From Octopus bimaculoides (lineage: Eukaryota), in assembly GCF_001194135.2 (NCBI RefSeq), contig NC_068985.1:85771819-85835818 (forward strand): a stretch of 64,000 bases of DNA. The letters run 5' to 3'. Numbering within the stretch: position 1 is the stretch's first letter; every line of letters begins with the position of its first letter. Made by a program: the position numbers and the translations under genes. This document shows positions 13,479 through 27,020 of this stretch, in pieces. Under the pieces are notes generated by a model. The model did not search any database, was not told the DNA's origin, and saw only the letters and a program-made list of their open reading frames with translations.

Positions 13479-13934
13479 TATTGCTAGAAATTCACATGCT
13501 AGAAATAACAGCCAAATCTCACAAAACTACGATGACATAATGAAAGAAACAAAAAAAATATGTAATCAATCTACTCACCTTTCTGCAAAGATTTCTTTCA
13601 GAGTAATTTCCCGCCGTAATATGACAAAGTGAAATTAAAGTGTTCATTTAAGGAAATATTAAAGCAGCTTGCTCCACAGGAAATAATAGATTTTTTTGAA
13701 AACAAACAGCATTATTGCCACATGTAAAACATGTTTACACACACGATATGAAGGAACACCTTAATTTAACTTAGTCACTGTTTCTTTGCTATTTTTACTT
13801 TTCTTCTTTCAAAATAGTTTGCTGTTATTTCTGCTCTCATATCTCAATACGATAAAAACGCAATATAAAATTGTGGTATGTATATAAAAACAGAATTGTG
13901 GTTAAGCCTTCCTAATACACATCTCTCCTAACTA

Positions 13935-14282
13935 TGGCACTATTCAGCTGTTGTAGGAAAATACTGGCATTCCATTGGTTACAATGACAAGTGATCAAGA
14001 TGATCCAATCAATGGAACAGCTTCCCTGTGAAATTAATGTGCAAGAGGCTGAGCACTCCACAGACACATGTATCCTTAATGTAGTTCTCAGGGAGATTCA
14101 CTGTGATACAGAATGTGACAAGGCTGACCCTTTGATATACAGGTACAACTCATTTTTGCCAACTGAATGAATTGGAGTAAAGTGAAATAAAGTATTTTGC
14201 TCAAGGACCCAACATGCTGGGAATTGAACTCATGATCTTACGATCATAAATTGAATACCCTAACAATAAGCAATGCACCTTC
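13935..14282 (-). mobile_element. tRNA-derived SINE (family C)
   Basis: GGCTGAGCACTCCACAGACAC...AAGTATTTTGCTCAAGG...GAATTGAACTC (B-box on minus strand). Related copy at ~15880-16085. Confidence 0.7.
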
Positions 14283-16890
14283 ACTCAACTGTTGCAAAAC
14301 TGCACATATTTCATCCCCTTTTGTACTACAACCTATTTTATTCTCTCCTTGGAATCATTTGTTTTTAACATCCACCCCTTATTCTCAATATCATATCTTC
14401 CCATTTTATTTTCTGCTGATCACCCTACATCTTATGACTGCCATATCTCATTCTTAACACCCTCCCAAATTTGCCACTGATGTCCCCCGCCTCCTCCTGT
14501 GTTTGTCTCAAGAATTAAGGTTCAGTGATAGACAGAGAAAACCAAGATAAATGACAATGTTTATGAGGGCTATTTGAAAGACTGGTAACAGACATTGTGA
14601 GGAAAATAATGGTGATAGATTAACTACGAATCAGAGCATAAAAGGGAGAATTGTAGCACTGTCTGTCAGGCAAGTCCACAATAAAACAAAACAAAATTTA
14701 TTAAAGTATTTACGAAACAAATATATATATCGGTTATGAGCGATAGTGGTGTCAATGAGACCCAGAGGTGTCAGGTAATGCTGAGTAAGTGGATAGACCA
14801 CAGTTAAGCTCCAGGTTCGGTGGCTATGCGAATAAGGGGTCCAACATAGATCATATATCAGCAAATGTATATAAGGATTTACTTTTCGTAATGAGATAAA
14901 AAAACTAAGGTTGTGTAGATGACCTATTTATAAATGTTCTAAAATCTACACAGCCTTGGTTTTGTTTTATCTCATTACGGAAAGTAAATCTTTATAAATA
15001 TATATATATCACATTATATGCATACATATGTCGATCTAAAACACATCTTAATTCGTACAAAAGTATGGAAAAATTATTCTAAATTGCTCAGCGAAATATT
15101 AATTATGAAATAAAGATTTCAGAATTCTGACAATTTGCCTGTGAGAAATAAAATGGTGTTGCAAACCAAGAGTGTTCCATGCAAACAAAATAACCCCCAA
15201 AACCAAACATATCATAAATGCTTTATTATTCCTTCACCAGGTATAGTTCCAGTGGGCTGTTCTTTTAGAGCTGTGAATATGTTGTCACTTTTGTTCAATG
15301 CATAATAAACGAAGGGAAGGGATATACAAGAGTGTGTGTGCGAGTAGGTGTAGGAGTAATGTGAAGTGTTGAATATAAAGAGTTTGTTGGATTTAGAAGT
15401 GAGTTACCTCCCCTTATACTAATAACTACAAATGACCAAATGTTGAAATTAAGAAAATCAGCTAAAAATAGAGAAGGGACTGTTCCAGCATGGCCAAATT
15501 CTCAGCACTAATACCACCGTTAAAAGAATAAAAGAATGAAAAAAAAAAACCCATTCAATTCCTGCAACACTTTTACGTATTTTTTTATGATTGTTTTATA
15601 TTGTTTCATGGAAATCTCTAATTTCTAAAAAGACTGGGATAGGTGCAGACTTGGCTGTAAATGGAAACTGAAAGGAATCTGTTGTACGTGTGTGTGTATA
15701 AATGAGAGTGTGAGTGTGTGCATATTTGTGTCTTCTTCTCTTGATAGTAGTAGTAGTAGTAGTAGAAGTAGAAGTAGTAGTGAATGATGAATGATGAACT
15801 TTTGATGTGGCTGAGGACTAATCCCAAGGGGTCAGGATTCAAAATGTGGGTTGTATAATTCATTGTTTCGATTACTGAATATGAACATGGGGATCCGAGA
15901 CCCCCACCTCTCAGGTAATTTTCTTGAGTCACCATCTCAGCCTTGTCTGCTGATCCATTTACAGCTGAATGGACTGGAGCAATGGGAAAAACTAAGGAGA
16001 CACAATGCACTGCCTGGTCCAGGAATTGAAACCACAATCGTTTCATTGTGAGTGCAACATCCTAACCACAGGACCATGCATCCTCATTTCAATTCAACTG
16101 TCTTCAAATTTTATGCAAGGGCAGCAAAAATGATATCACAACTATTGTCTTTAAATATGAATTTAAATTTTAATAAGGACTGAAGTGTTTAAAAAAAAAA
16201 AGAACTGATAAAAACAAAAAAAAATTATAATAATGATAGTAATAAAGAAAATAATAATAATAAAGAAAATAGTATTAAATATATACAAAAGTAAATAGAT
16301 CCATACAGAACAAGAACAACAAGAATATTAAGTACAAAAAGATGCTATATGATAAGAGTTTCCATAATAATATAATAATAATATATCATAGAAAATGAAA
16401 TATAATCAATATATTGATATACCATATCAAATGGGGTTTATTTTTTAATGATTTTTCTCTTTAAGTTTTGTTTTCATTATTTTCTTATTGATTATTGATT
16501 ATTGCTTGTAAAAGAGTATTGTGGAACAAATTGTTTCCTAAAGGTTAGCAGAATTTCATAACGCTAAACTTGAAGTCTACATGTCAGTTTGGTACGATTT
16601 CATTAGATTAATTAAATTCCATGAAATCTAATGCCATCAAATTGTTTTGCTTTGGTCAGGTTTCACTTTCTTCAGCTAACTTTGCCGTTTGTTTGTTCTC
16701 CCACATCACAGCCATCAATATTTTTCACTTACATAACACAATGGTGGAATAAGTGTGTGGGAACGTGCATGGATGCACGTGTGCATGAGTGTGTGTGTAT
16801 ATATATATATATATACACACACACACATAATATACATACACACACATATACATACATATGTATTATGCATACACATATACATATACATAT

Positions 16891-16922
<32 letters not shown>

Positions 16923-17125
16923 CATTACTATGATTGACCATTGACTGAACACTATTCAATTTTTTTTCTCTGTGTTTTTCTCCTTGTCTCCGTATTCTTT
17001 CTGTTGAAGAGCATAGCTCGAAACGTCAAAGACTTTCCGTATTCCCGAGTGTCATACTAATACATCCTTTTGTTGTTTACACCACCTGTCCTCGTCTGTT
17101 GTTGTTTTTTTTCGTACATTCTCCC
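16923..17125 (+). mobile_element. Penelope-like element pLTR/3' fragment embedded in (TA)n
   Basis: Non-coding unit flanked by TA-rich microsatellites. It carries the PLE-type motif CTGTTGAAGAGCATAGCTCGAAACGTC. Confidence 0.55.
16996..17032 (+). ncRNA. Minimal variant hammerhead ribozyme (Penelope-type)
   Basis: Stem I TCTTT/AAAGA; core CTGTTGA plus extra A; stem II GAGC-ata-GCTC; GAAAC-GTC with palindromic ACGT stem III. Core differs from CUGANGA at A6. Confidence 0.55.
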
Positions 17126-17199
17126 ATATATATATATATTTATATATATATATACATCATCATCATATTTATACATATATATATACATGTATAAGTACA

Positions 17200-17520
17200 T
17201 GTACAAAGCACCGTTCGAGTGTGGTCATTGTCAGAGCCGCCTGACTGGCTCCTGTGCCACAAACAAATAAAAAACCACCATCCAAGCGTGGCCGATACCA
17301 GTACTGCCTGACTGGCCCCTATACCAGTGGCATGTATGAAGCACTCACTACACTGTCAGAGCGGTTGGCGTTAGGAAGGGGCATCCAGGTGTAGAGACCT
17401 TGCCAGATTGGATTGGAGCCTGGTGCAGCCTTTTGGCTTGCCAGCCCTCAGTCAAACCGTCCAGCCTATGCCAGCATTGAAAGCAGACGTTAAACGACGA
17501 TAATAATGATGATGATGATG
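17200..17520 (+). mobile_element. RTE 3' end repeat (family D)
   Basis: GGCGTTAGGAAGGGGCATCC...GAAAGCAGACGTTAAACGACGAT then (GAT)n. Confidence 0.75.
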
Positions 17521-17619
17521 AAATTAGATAATAACTCTCTGAACTTTGTGTATGTGTGTGTGTGTGTATATATATAAATGTGTGTGTGTATAGTGAGGGA
17601 GAGTGAGATTTATACTATA

Positions 17620-18445
17620 TATATATAGCACTGGCATTGAACACACTCGAATGGTGCTTTTTACATGTCACTGGCATGGGTGCCAATCAGGTGGTACTGT
17701 CATTGGCCACGACAATGACATCACTTGACTCAACAGGTCTTCACAATCACAGTTTATTGCCCAATGATTGAAGGGTACTCTTAAATGGGCCAGTTATGCT
17801 GCACTGGCATAGGCCATGGTTACAGTCTCACTTGCTTTGCTGGTTCTTCTCAAGCACAGCATATCTCCAAATGTCTCATCGCCTCGGTGAGGCCCAACGT
17901 TTGAAGGTCATGCTTCAACACCTCATCCCAGGTCTTTCTGGGACTGCCTCTTCCACAGGTTCCCTCTACTGCTAGGGTGTGACACTTTTTCACCCAGCTG
18001 TCCTCATCCATATGCAACACATGACCAAACCAGTGCAGTCGTCTCTCTTGCACACCACATCTGATGCTGCTTATGTCCAACTTTTCTCTCAGGGTGCTTA
18101 CACTCTGTCATGTATGCATACTGACATTACACATCCAGCGGAGCATACTGGCTTCATTCCTTGCAAGCTTACACATGTCCCCAGAAGTCACAGCCCATGT
18201 TTCACGTCCATATAGCATGGCTGTTCACACACATGCATCATACAGTCTACCTTTAACTCTGAGCAAGAGGTCCTTTGTCACCAGCAGAGGTAAGAGCTCT
18301 CTGAACTTTGCCCAGGCTATTCTTATTCTAGCAGCTACACTTTCAGAGCATCCACTGCCGCCACTGACTTGGTCCCCTAGATTGACTCTAAGGCACTTCG
18401 ATTCTAGACCTTGCTTGGACATATTAAGTTGATTCATCATCGACT
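17620..18445 (-). mobile_element. 5'-truncated RTE LINE: RT C-terminus plus 3' UTR
   Basis: Minus strand gives ...ARIRIAWAKFRELLPLLVTKDLLLRVKGRLYDACV, then RRLHWFGHVLHMDEDSWVKKCHTLAVEGTCGRGSPRKTWDEVLKHDL, typical of the RTE-clade RT tail. 3' UTR shares TGGTGCTTTTTAC with family D. Confidence 0.9.
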
Positions 18446-20089
18446 GCCTTACTACTACTACTACTACTACTACTACTACCACTACTACTATCCTTAGTGC
18501 TGGTGCCATTGTCTTTAATCTTTAATTGTTATGTGTCACCCAATGAATGAGGCAAAGTTGCACATTCCATCACACAAAGCTTGGTTGTGTCTGTTTTTTT
18601 TCCCCCAACAAAACTCTCTCCACATTCTGGTAAATTAGTAGAGTCATTTGAGCATTGAACAAAACGTAATGTAGCTATTATGCCAACTTGTATTCAGAGT
18701 TCAAATTCTGCCACGGTCATATTTGCCTTTCTTCCTCCCAGGGTCAATTAGGGGCCACTTTAATAAGGGATTCCTTGAACTATCTGTTTTGACTCACTGC
18801 TTTCTAAGTTCAAATCCTGTTCTGGCCTACATGGCTGGTGGAATTATTAATCCATCATCTGGTTTAACATCACCACCAGGTACTTGCAATGCCTTTAGGA
18901 AAGGAATCCACACCTCTACCCCCACCAGCTCTGGACGCCTCCTTGTTAATGGTCGTAGGCATTGCCTTCCATGCTGACCAGAGAATTAAAACAATCAGAA
19001 ACCCACCACAATGTATTTACTTTGCTCCTGTATCTTAAGGCATGCCACCAGGTCCCTCTTTGATAAAACCTGTTTTAAGTTGATGCAGGCCAATGCTAGT
19101 CCCCTAATTCAAGTCCTCCTATGCATAGTCGAACTATTTGTCAAGGGCAAGAGTTGGCAAAGTGATCAGTATTGACCCCTGAAGGTGTATATGGCTATCC
19201 AAGGGGTCAAATATTGGAAACAATTTTGAGTATTATCAGAGCTGAATTACTAGCAAACTGAAATTAGAAGAGTGCAGTAATTCCAAACTAAAACTCACAA
19301 ATTCCCTGCTAAATATTGATGCAATAACTTGAATTCACCAAAATCATATTGCACATTAAATATCCTGACTTTATCAATATAATATCACTGAGTTTTTAAT
19401 GTTTTTTTTATCAATTTTGTTAAGTATTTTCATTAAATTTCTTTAAATATTTCTTATTAAAAAGCAATAATGACACAAAAGAACAAAGGAATTGTTGCTT
19501 TTAAATCAAGAAACTTTTTATTAATTAAAGTTTTTAATTTAATTTTAGAAATTTACATGCAAGGGTTTGATAAATTATTAACGATTTCATGAAAAGGCCC
19601 TTGATGAAAGAAATTTGCTGATCTCTGGTCTGAAGAAATAAGACTTAAGTAGAGGCCCAATACATTGGTTTCAGTTGGATTAGATCTTTGAATATTGCCA
19701 CTACTAGCCTAGTTAAAAAAAATCTTAACATATATAATGCACAGAGCATTTAAACTCAAAATGAAAATGGGAATGGGTCGGTCGGTCGGTCGGTCGGTTG
19801 AGTTATTGATTACATGTTTAATACATTGTCATCGTTGTCGTCAGCCTCCTCCTCTTCGGCCTCCTTCCCCCTTATCATCATCTTCGTTGTTGTCATTGCC
19901 ATTATCATTATCATCATCTTCTTCATTATCATCATCATCATCATCACCACCACCACCACCATCATCATCATCATTTAATCCCCTGTATTCCATGCTGACA
20001 TGGGTTCAATGACCCAACCAGGATCCTACAAGACAGGAGACTGTCTTGAGCTCCAGTCTGAGTTTTAGAAAGGATCCTTTCTTTTTTTT

Positions 20090-20309
20090 TTCCTACTCTA
20101 GGCACTACACCTGAAATTTTGTGGTGGGGATGGGATTAAGTTGATTAGATAGACCCCAGTATGCAACTGGTACTTAATTTATTGACCCCGAAAGGATAAA
20201 AGGCAAAGTCGACCATGGCAGAATTTGAACTCAGAATGCAAAGACAGACGCAATGCTACTAAGTATTTCGCCTGGCGTGCTAAAGTTTCTGCCAGCTCAC
20301 TGCCCCTTA
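20090..20309 (-). mobile_element. tRNA-derived SINE (family A)
   Basis: Reverse complement of GAGCTGGCAGAAAC..GAGTTCAAATTC..GACTTTGCCTTT..TCGGGGTCAATAAATTAAGTACCAG. Confidence 0.85.
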
Positions 20310-21192
20310 AGATGATATANNNNNNNNNNNNNNNNNNNNNNNNNNNNNNNNNNNNNNNNNNNNNNNNNNNNNNNNNNNNNNNNNNNNNNNNNNNNNNNNN
20401 NNNNNNNNNNNNNNNNNNNNNNNNNNNNNNNNNNNNNNNNNNNNNNNNNNNNNNNNNNNNNNNNNNNNNNNNNNNNNNNNNNNNNNNNNNNNNNNNNNNN
20501 NNNNNNNNNNNNNNNNNNNNNNNNNNNNNNNNNNNNNNNNNNNNNNNNNNNNNNNNNNNNNNNNNNNNNNNNNNNNNNNNNNNNNNNNNNNNNNNNNNNN
20601 NNNNNNNNNNNNNNNNNNNNNNNNNNNNNNNNNNNNNNNNNNNNNNNNNNNNNNNNNNNNNNNNNNNNNNNNNNNNNNNNNNNNNNNNNNNNNNNNNNNN
20701 NNNNNNNNNNNNNNNNNNNNNNNNNNNNNNNNNNNNNNNNNNNNNNNNNNNNNNNNNNNNNNNNNNNNNNNNNNNNNNNNNNNNNNNNNNNNNNNNNNNN
20801 NNNNNNNNNNNNNNNNNNNNNNNNNNNNNNNNNNNNNNNNNNNNNNNNNNNNNNNNNNNNNNNNNNNNNNNNNNNNNNNNNNNNNNNNNNNNNNNNNNNN
20901 NNNNNNNNNNNNNNNNNNNNNNNNNNNNNNNNNNNNNNNNNNNNNNNNNNNNNNNNNNNNNNNNNNNNNNNNNNNNNNNNNNNNNNNNNNNNNNNNNNNN
21001 NNNNNNNNNNNNNNNNNNNNNNNNNNNNNNNNNNNNNNNNNNNNNNNNNNNNNNNNNNNNNNNNNNNNNNNNNNNNNNNNNNNNNNNNNNNNNNNNNNNN
21101 NNNNNNNNNNNNNNNNNNNNNNNNNNNNNNNNNNNNNNNNNNNNNNNNNNNNNNNNNNNNNNNNNNNNNNNNNNNNNNNNNNNNNNNNNNNN

Positions 21193-21262
<70 letters not shown>

Positions 21263-21472
21263 CGATTTGTTGATCTCTGGAAGTAAGGAGAGCTAGAAAG
21301 GTTAATTTACAAGTTGTTTATGTATTTCTGGGAGGGTTGGGGAGAGGAAGGGGGGAAATGAGAGGAATAATAGCAGTAAATAATTTTCTACATACAATGA
21401 TGATGCCGATGATGATGATGATTTCTTTATTAAGTACTAAGGGTTCACAAAAACGTTGGAGGATGTTACAAG

Positions 21473-21694
21473 ACAGAAACGTTAGCACGCTGGGCGAAAT
21501 GCCTAGTGGTATTTCGTTTGCCGTTACGTCCTGAGTTCAAATTCCGCCGAGGTCGACTTTGCCTTTCATCCTTTCGGGGTCGATTAAATAAGTACCAGTT
21601 GCGCACTGGGGTCGATATAATCAACTTAATCCGTTTGTCTGTCCTTGTTTGTCCCCTCTATGTGTAGTCCCTTGTGGGCAGTAAAGAAATAAGA
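21473..21694 (+). mobile_element. tRNA-derived SINE (family A), little-diverged copy
   Basis: B-box GAGTTCAAATTCC, core GACTTTGCCTTTCATCCTTTCGGGGTCGAT, A-rich 3' end; retains many CpGs. Confidence 0.85.
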
Positions 21695-22598
21695 ATGCAG
21701 GGTTGCATAAAGATGTATGTAAAAGGGAACAAAAGTAAAACAAATTCCAGCAATAAACATTTCCACAAAATTGAAAACCTTGCTTGAGCTGGTCATGGAA
21801 ACCCTACAAAAGCATGGTCACCCTGACCACAAGGGTAAGTGCCTTCTCCACATTCTCCTCTACCTTAAATATTTAGGCTTAGAGGAGGCCTCTTTATTCA
21901 GATCCTCCTTGCCACATTCACCTGCCTTTCAATAAAATTGCTGGGTGGCAGCATTTACCTCACCACCCTCACAATCCTTTCCAAGTGAAACTTGAAAAGG
22001 TTGATGAGAGCTTGACCAGAAAGGTGTCAGTCTTCAGCAATTTCAGTCTAATTCACCCCATTCACCTCTATTGCTGAAGCTAACAGAAAGATAAAGCCTG
22101 CCTGGCCATCCCTGCTAAAAGAGAGTTGCAGGCATATCTTCACAATGGACGCAGCTGAGAGCCATCTCCATCTTCTAGGTGATGGTGGCTGTTTGACACA
22201 AACCCATAAGGAAGCAATACTCAAGCAGTGAATGCAGAACAGTTTCATTGTTCTGCATTCAGGTTTGACAGGAGCTGGCAAGGCTGGAGAGCTGCACCAA
22301 GTTCCATTGTCTGCTTTGACATGGTTCCTGTGGATGCATGCCATCTCCTAACACCAACCACTTTACAGTGTGTATTGGGTGCTTTTTACCTGTGTATGTG
22401 ATATATGCTTGTATGTGTGTGTGTGTGTGTATATATATNNNNNNNNNNNNNNNNNNNNNNNNNNNNNNNNNNNNNNNNNNNNNNNNNNNNNNNNNNNNNN
22501 NNNNNNNNNNNNNNNNNNNNNNNNNNATATATGTATATATATATAGATATATATATATATATGTGTGTATATTGTGGTTTAAATGGTGTGCAGAGTCC

Positions 22599-22830
22599 CA
22601 TCATCATCATCATCACCATCGTCATTGTCATTATCATCTTATGTCTGCTTTCCATGCTAGTATGGGTTGGACAGTTTGACAGGGAACCAGTGAGCTGGAG
22701 GGCTGCATCGAGCACCAGTGTCATCTTTGGCATGGGTCCTGCTGCTGGGTGCCCTTCCTAATGCCTTTGATTTGCTTACAGGGTGTCTTTTTTCATGCCA
22801 CCAGCACAAATAAGGTTGCCATGTAATTTG
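22599..22830 (-). mobile_element. RTE 3' end repeat (family D)
   Basis: (CAT)n-ATGTCTGCTTTCCATGCTAGTATGGGTTGGAC... Confidence 0.7.
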
Positions 22831-25800
22831 CAAGACAGAAGAGAACAAGGGAAAGGGAAAGGAGGGAAAAAGCCCCATTACTAAGAAGCGTTTAAGTGGG
22901 GGGGGGGGGGAAGAAGAGGTGGATCATTTCATGCTGGGTGTTTAAAGGTTAAAGTATGATATAATGTCTTGCTATAGAGGAGGTACACAGCTGAAGGAAG
23001 GAGGGAATGGAGTGCTATAGCAAATGCTGAAGGAACAAGATGATGAGCAAAAAGAGGGGACACAGAGAGTGGGTCATGGGAGGGATGAGGAGAGTGGTGG
23101 GAGGAGTAAACAGGTGAATGTAGAGACTGATGAGGTGCGATACTAGTATTGAAAGAGGTAACGGGAGAAATGCAGGAATGGCCCAGGAAGGATCCTAGAA
23201 TCAAAAGTAATGGGATGATGTGCAATGTGTGGGAGCAGTGGAGATGGAGGGAAGGTGGACATTAAATGATGATATATTTGTGTGTGTATATGTATAAAAT
23301 ACATGTCTGTATGTGTGTGTGACATGGAAGTGGTGGTGGTGGTGGTTGGGAGGAAAACAGAAAGAAAAACTTAGGCAGAATGAAGAAATGAAGCAGCTTT
23401 TGGTCAGTCTGTTGCTTGAATATCTTCTAGAACTCACTAAAGCTATGTTCAAACACATAATATGATGGTTTCAAAATAGACTCCAATTTAATACCAATTT
23501 AGCTGAAGTCTCTTCAGTAGTTTTAGAATTAGAGCTGAAATAGCAAAACGATTGGTTTGGCATTTATTTTTGTTATTATTGGTTTTCTTGGGATTTCTTT
23601 CTTTATTTCATCAATAACTCTCAGAACTGTTGAGAAAATAATTTATTTGATAATTCCAACATTTCATTTGAAGTTAGTTTCAGCACATGTTCTTTAGTGT
23701 AAATTCTACCACCAAACTATCAGTGATGCTCACTCCATCAGTCAATGATGCTTAATAAAAGGAAAAAAAGAAGAAAAATCATTTTCTAAGCTGAATGGTC
23801 AATGAGAGAGAATGATTCTTATTGAGTGTGACTCATAGAGTAAGATGGCTGAAATCTAATTTCAATAAAGCGCAAATGAAACTATGACATCCTAAGTGAA
23901 AAGTAAATACTCAACATGTCCCAAAGTGCTGGGTTCAATTCCCATGCTTTGTTCATGTAGCAATAATAATAATATTGAACTTGTTGTATCCAGTGCTCAG
24001 GTGCACCACAACTCATCAGAAAAAGTAGCCAGAAGTGGTCTGAAGAGTACAAAAATGCACAAGAAGTGAACGGTGAAGGAGTCATTGAAAATAGGTGGTG
24101 GGGACATCGGTTGTGTAGTTGGTGTATTTCAAGAAGCATAAAAATTTTGAAGGATATGGTATTCTGACAACTGATGTGGGCAGTTTATGCCATGCTTTAG
24201 CAATTCTAAGCTTGAAAATGTGTTTCTGAAAGTCATGGGTGCTGTGTTGTTTTTTGGTTTTGTAAGCGTGTCTACAAGTGTTGGACATACTTTAAATGGT
24301 CATCTGGCTGTGTTTGTCATTCAAGTATGGCTATTGTTGTTGCTTAGCTCTAGTTCAGCCTTAGGGACAGACACTGCTGTTTCTATGTGCTCTAATATCT
24401 TGGACCATACTTAGACAAGGGGTACCTGACTGATTAGCAGACACACTCCAGCATCTGACCTACAGCCTTGCTGTCTCCTCTCTCTGCTTTCTCTATCACT
24501 GTTTCAGACAGTCTATCAAATAAATCATTTTGAATTTAAGATGATAGAGCTCTGGTTTCTAAATAATGAGTCATGTGATATAGAGAGAGGTACTATGAAA
24601 ATAGTAAAAAAATATATCTAAAACAACTGTGCAGTTTTGTCGACCAAATTTAACAGAATAGGCAATTTTAAATAGAGAAGACATCAAAAATGCTGTTCGG
24701 CAGCACTGAAACTGGAACCAATGTGCTTTTAAAGAGATTTTCTAGATTACAACAGCTCTATCTTCACTTTGTATGTATTTGTAAGTAACTGTTCAGCACA
24801 GGTACTGGAAGTTGAAATACATTTAAATTGGGAAAAATCCAGGTAAATACTTAAAAATATTTTACAGATGCACATCAAAAATAACTATGGTTATTAATCA
24901 TCATTAGCTCTCATTTCATCACATTTTTTTGTATTTTGTTTAAAATTATTCAATTACTGTCTTTCATTACATCTTCTTTATCCTTACCTAATTACTAACA
25001 TCCATCATCTCTCTCTTTTCCAACTACCTTTCTAAACTACTGGCCAATGCTTGTTTTCTCTCTCCTTTTCTGTCACTCATCATTATTGCAATCCACCTCT
25101 CTCTCTCTCCCACATTATTATCTCATTCATCACTCACTATGACTCACATCACTCTTTACCTTCAGTTATATTACCCCCACCTCCATTGTCCACTCGCCCT
25201 CCAATCATACTTTCATCTTGCCAAACAATTTCTGTTGTTTTTCTATTCAATCTCCTCCCCAACAACCAATATGTAACTGCATTTCACTGTCTTTCTTTTA
25301 TCAATCCACCCTTTCTATCACCTTCATCCATCTATTACTCTGTTTCTCATCATCCCTTCTCTTCTATCATCATCTTGTTCAGGTTCTCTTTTCTGTTTAT
25401 CAGAAGAGACTTATTCTGCCTTCAACAAACAGTGACTGCATAAAACTCTTTAGCCTTGCCAGGGACAATGCAATCTCTCTTGTGCTGGAACCATCATGAT
25501 ATGCATCCAACACATTCTATGAAGTGGTGGATGTCAAGAAGAGCAGCCAGACATAGATCCCAATGCCAAAAGTGGTACCTAAAAGCACAAGGCATCATTT
25601 TCCAAAGGATCTAAGAGAGTAGAAACTTGAAATAACAACTGAGTGGGACTGTGACAACCCATCTAGCCTGTGCCACCATGGAAGGCAGATGTAAAATGGC
25701 GATGGTGGTGGTGATGATGATGACGACATCGATGATGGCAATGATGATGATGCTATGGCAATGATAATAACTGTGTATAAAGTTCTTAGTTTTCCATTCT

Positions 25801-26454
25801 TCCCAGTTAACTTTTTTTTTTCTCCATCAAACTGTTTTTATTATAATTCTGTTTCTGGAAGTGTAAAGTTTTCTATGTCAGAATACTGACTCTGGTAGAA
25901 AAAAATGTACCAAATAATTTGATTACTATTTTCTAATTTATTAATGGCTGTTGATTAATAATGAGGAGAGTTGCAGGAGAAACTTGCCTGCGGTACATTA
26001 TAAAAGGTTGTATTTAATCAGATGTTTTGTTACTATTTCCAGGAATAATTGAAAAAAAAAAAAGGAAGATAAAGAGAAAGAGAAAGAAGATCAACAAGTT
26101 TTAAAAATTCAGCAAAGTTGCAATTGTTGTTATTTAGCCCCAGGTCAGAAAGAATCCTGCTAACTTCTGGATCACAAGTATATTGTCTACAGCCATCTTG
26201 TTGTGTTGAATATCAGGTAGTAATTACATTGTCTAATCTCTCCTTCTTTTTCTATGATAGCAGAGAAAGATCTGAGGGAAATTTGGCTGCTATTTCTAAG
26301 AAGAAGAGTGACCATTTAGAGGCTCTTTCATCAACTCATTTACTGAAGTATATTTATTTGTCTGAAATAAGGGACAGTATCTACTCCTACAATGCTCGTA
26401 ACATGATGGGAATATCAAGCTGGCAGCATAGTTTTGTGTATTGTAATTGTTTAC

Positions 26455-26700
26455 AAGATGATGATAATGATGATGATGATGATCATCATCATCTGTGTTC
26501 TAAACTGGCATGGGTTGGATGGTCTGACAGGAGCTGGTAAGCCAGAGAGCTCCACCAGACTCCATTTGTCTGTTTTAACATGGTTTCTACAGCTGGATGT
26601 CCTACCTAATGCCAACCACTTTACAGAGGGTGGACTGGGTGATTTTTAGGTGGCACCAATCTCAGTGCCTTTTTTTTGTGTGGTACCAGCAGGTGATATT
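26455..26700 (-). mobile_element. RTE 3' end repeat (family D)
   Basis: GGCATGGGTTGGATGG..CTACAGCTGGATGTCCTACCTAATGCCAACCAC. Confidence 0.7.
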
Positions 26701-26854
26701 ATACTAAAATATATCATGTAATAATATAAGTGAGGGGAGGAAGGTCAGCTGCCACAATCCATTTTGCAAGAGTTTTGGGCTTCATCAGGGCAAAGATGTA
26801 GAAGAAACCTCAAACATGACTCAGCGAGAACGTAATACAAATATAGGTTTCAAA

Positions 26855-27020
26855 TTTTGGCACAAGGCCAATCAACCCCAGTACATAACTGGTACTTATT
26901 TCATTGGCTCCATAAAGACATAAGACAAAGTCAGCCTCAGTTGAATTTGAAGTCAGAATGTAAAGACATGAAATGTCAGTAAGTATTTTGTCTGGTGTGC
27001 TAATGATTCTGCCAGCTTAC
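26855..27020 (-). mobile_element. SINE family A, degenerate
   Basis: AACTGGTACTTATTT..AAAGTCAGCCTCAGTTGAATTTGAA..TTCTGCCAGCT. Confidence 0.7.

Noticed and set aside
14478-14850. Possible solo LTR (TG...CA with AATAAA)
   Set aside because: No target-site duplication or convincing terminal inverted repeat.
15408-15461. Minus-strand 54-nt exon-like segment (DFLNFNIWSFVVISIRG) with strong acceptor
   Set aside because: The acceptor tract derives from an adjacent SINE tail and the peptide is unrecognised; it shows how easily false exons appear here.
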